Origin: Camelus dromedarius
Lineage: Eukaryota
Direction of reading: 5' to 3'
NCBI RefSeq assembly: GCF_036321535.1
Contig: NC_087437.1
Coordinates: 55,182,001 to 55,246,000 of the forward strand
Length of the DNA stretch: 64,000 nucleotides
Shown: positions 61,890 to 64,000 of the stretch, one piece after another
Position numbering within the stretch: position 1 is the first letter of the stretch
Layout: the number at the start of each line of letters is the position of its first letter
The notes under the pieces: generated by a model
Told to the model about the DNA's origin: nothing
Database searches by the model: none
The model's input: the letters and a program-made list of their open reading frames with translations, nothing else
Program-made: the position numbers and the translations under genes

Positions 61890-63760
61890 ATTGAGGAAAT
61901 TTAACATTGATACAATGTTTCTATCTACAGATCATATTCCAGAATTGTCAATTGCCCTATAATGTCTTCAATGACTGTTATTTTTCCTCCAGTTCAGGAT
62001 CCAATCTAGAGTCATGCATTGCATTTAGGTGTTGTGGCTCTTCATTTTCTTTTAATCAGGAGCAGATCTTCAGCCATCCTTTGTTTTTTCTGTCATTAAT
62101 AATTTTGAAAAATACAGGTTCACTGTTTCAAAGATTATCTCCTAATGTGAATTTTTCAGATGTTTCTTCATGATAAAATGCAGATATTCCTTTTTGGCTC
62201 ATTTCCTCCATAAATGATATTGTGTCTTTCTCAGGACTTCACATCCAGATGCACACAATGTACGTTTCTCCTTCATTCGTAATGTTAATTTTGATCACTT
62301 GGTTAAAGTGGTTTCTCCAGCTTTTTCTTCGTTTCAATTTATAAATAACTTGTGGTGATTACTTCTAGCCTTTGTAAGTTCTTGTTCCTATAAAACTACC
62401 TTCCTCTAGCCAGAATCCATTGTTGTTTTTTGCCTAAATTTAATTTTTACTATAATAGTTTCAAATTGTTATTTTCTGATTTCATCATTCCTTCTATATT
62501 TACCAGTTGGCATTCATCCATAAAGAAGCATTTCTTCTATTTATTTAACTATCTACCCATCCATCATCCATACGTCCATTTATTTCTATCTATCCATCTA
62601 CCTATTTATGGTTATTATGGACTAATGGATTCTTTTTATACTCAACTTATAATCCTCAACAGTCCTGATTAATTTTCACACTCAAATTGTCCTAGATTTT
62701 AAAATGGCAGCCTTTTCAAGCAGGCCTCTGTGTATTGGTATATGCCTCCATATTTTCAGATACTTTTTAACTTTCTGGCACAAGATGTTCCATACTTATT
62801 TTGTACTTTCTCTGTTCTAATTCTTGATCCAGCCATTCTCCCAAGGAGCACTGGTTTCTTCAGTGAGAATGATATTTAGAATCCAAAATCTGGGCACTAG
62901 GTGTGTTCATTGCTATGGGAGTGTCATTGTTTCAAGATCTTCCAGTGGACAGGTCCAGGAAATAGATATGCATAGGAAATCATGATTTTAAACTGGTTCC
63001 TCCAATTCCTTTCCACCCCAACAGAGTTCTTTACCATCCCCTATTCCAGATTTGTATTCCTTCTTCCAGGTAAGAACTTTAGCTCCCCCAACATATCAAT
63101 ATATTTACTTCTTTTTTCAATCCTGTAACACACAAAAAAAATATTTCAATATTGTTATAACACTGTGGAAACAAATCAATTTAAAAAATTCAAGATTTGC
63201 CTTCAGTTCTTTTTTTTTTTCTTTAGATGAAATATAGATGAATATAGACAAAGGACCATATCAAAAGTTACTTGAAAAGTTCTTCTTCTTTTCCACTTAA
63301 TGTGATTATGTTATTCATTTGATAAACACTCACATTCATTTATTTCTGTTTGTACTTGATTTTATTGTTACCTTTCCCATCTTTGTTGTTTTAATTTTAT
63401 GTTTTGACTTTATAGGTGATTAACATGATCTCAAGTGTTAAACATTACCCAAAATGTATACTCATAGAAGTGTCACATTCTCCCTTGTCCCTTGCGTGCC
63501 TTGTAGATAAACAATGTGATTATTTTCTCATTTATCCTTTCAATGTTTCCTTTAGGGAAAAAAAGCATGAAAATGTGCTATTTCTTCTTTCTTATGCAAA
63601 ATATACAAAAAAGTAATATGTATGTTGCTGTATATACTGAAAAAAATAGTATACATGCTACCATTATTTTCTTTTCCATTTTCCTTTTTGTACTTATCAA
63701 TACATTCTAATTATATTCCACATTACCTCATATAGTGACTGTCATTTTTGAATGCTAGGT
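61890..63760 (-). mobile_element. L1MC4-like 3' region
   Basis: ggaaatttaacattgatacaat...caggatccaatc...cagccattctcccaaggagcactggtt...aatctgggcactaggtgtgttcattgcta. Confidence 0.8.
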
Positions 63761-64000
63761 TAACAGATTAAAATTATGAATTTACTGTTTATTTTCATCA
63801 ACACATTTAATATATCACACTATTTTTTTTTTTAATCTATTCATGCTGATGAGAAACCTGCCAACAGGATAACTGTTGCTATTCGTGGAATTCGGCCTTT
63901 CTCTTAGTCCTTAAGATTCTGCAGATTCATTCAGATGTGCTGTAGTATAGGTTCGTATTTATTAATTCACACTGGTACTTTGAGTACTTTATATTCCAAG

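Noticed and set aside
63050..63075. Plus-strand ttccttcttccag|GTAAGA recursive-splice-like motif
   Set aside because: It lies inside antisense L1MC4-like sequence, where pyrimidine tracts are expected; no other support
63846..63857. CTGATGA-GAAAC hammerhead-like core (similar at 31178 and on minus near 41740)
   Set aside because: No stem II and no flanking stems I/III or cleavage triplet in register
1..64000. CRISPR arrays, operons, rRNA or other prokaryote-style systems
   Set aside because: The sequence is clearly eutherian repeat-rich DNA, with no regularly spaced repeat-spacer array or gene-dense segment

Overview
Mammalian non-coding DNA, either intergenic or deep-intronic, and almost certainly from a camelid (camel, llama or alpaca). 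The evidence is a tRNA-Ala(AGC)-derived Vic-1-type SINE at about 55.1 kb and cetartiodactyl-type L1 3' ends; I saw no Alu, B1/B2, BovB or PRE1. I cannot support any intact protein-coding gene. The ORFs I recognise are L1 ORF1/ORF2 debris and a 5'-truncated RPL23A processed pseudogene (28.1-28.4 kb, minus strand) inserted into a MIR. By eye more than half the window is interspersed repeat: L1 of several ages, L2, L3/CR1, MIR, MaLR/ERVL LTRs and hAT MITEs, often nested with readable target-site duplications (TSDs). Repeat-poor islands (about 1.4-4.1, 13.3-14.0, 26.0-26.3, 27.4-27.8, 34.5-35.1 and 47.4-47.9 kb) look like candidate cis-regulatory DNA. The most speculative lead is a co-oriented series of minus-strand cassettes with good splice sites (31.3, 25.5, 17.7, 3.1 and 1.1 kb) that could form a spliced lncRNA or small-ORF transcript. 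I found no convincing novel biological system. Repeat subfamily names come from recalled consensus sequences, and boundaries without a TSD are approximate.
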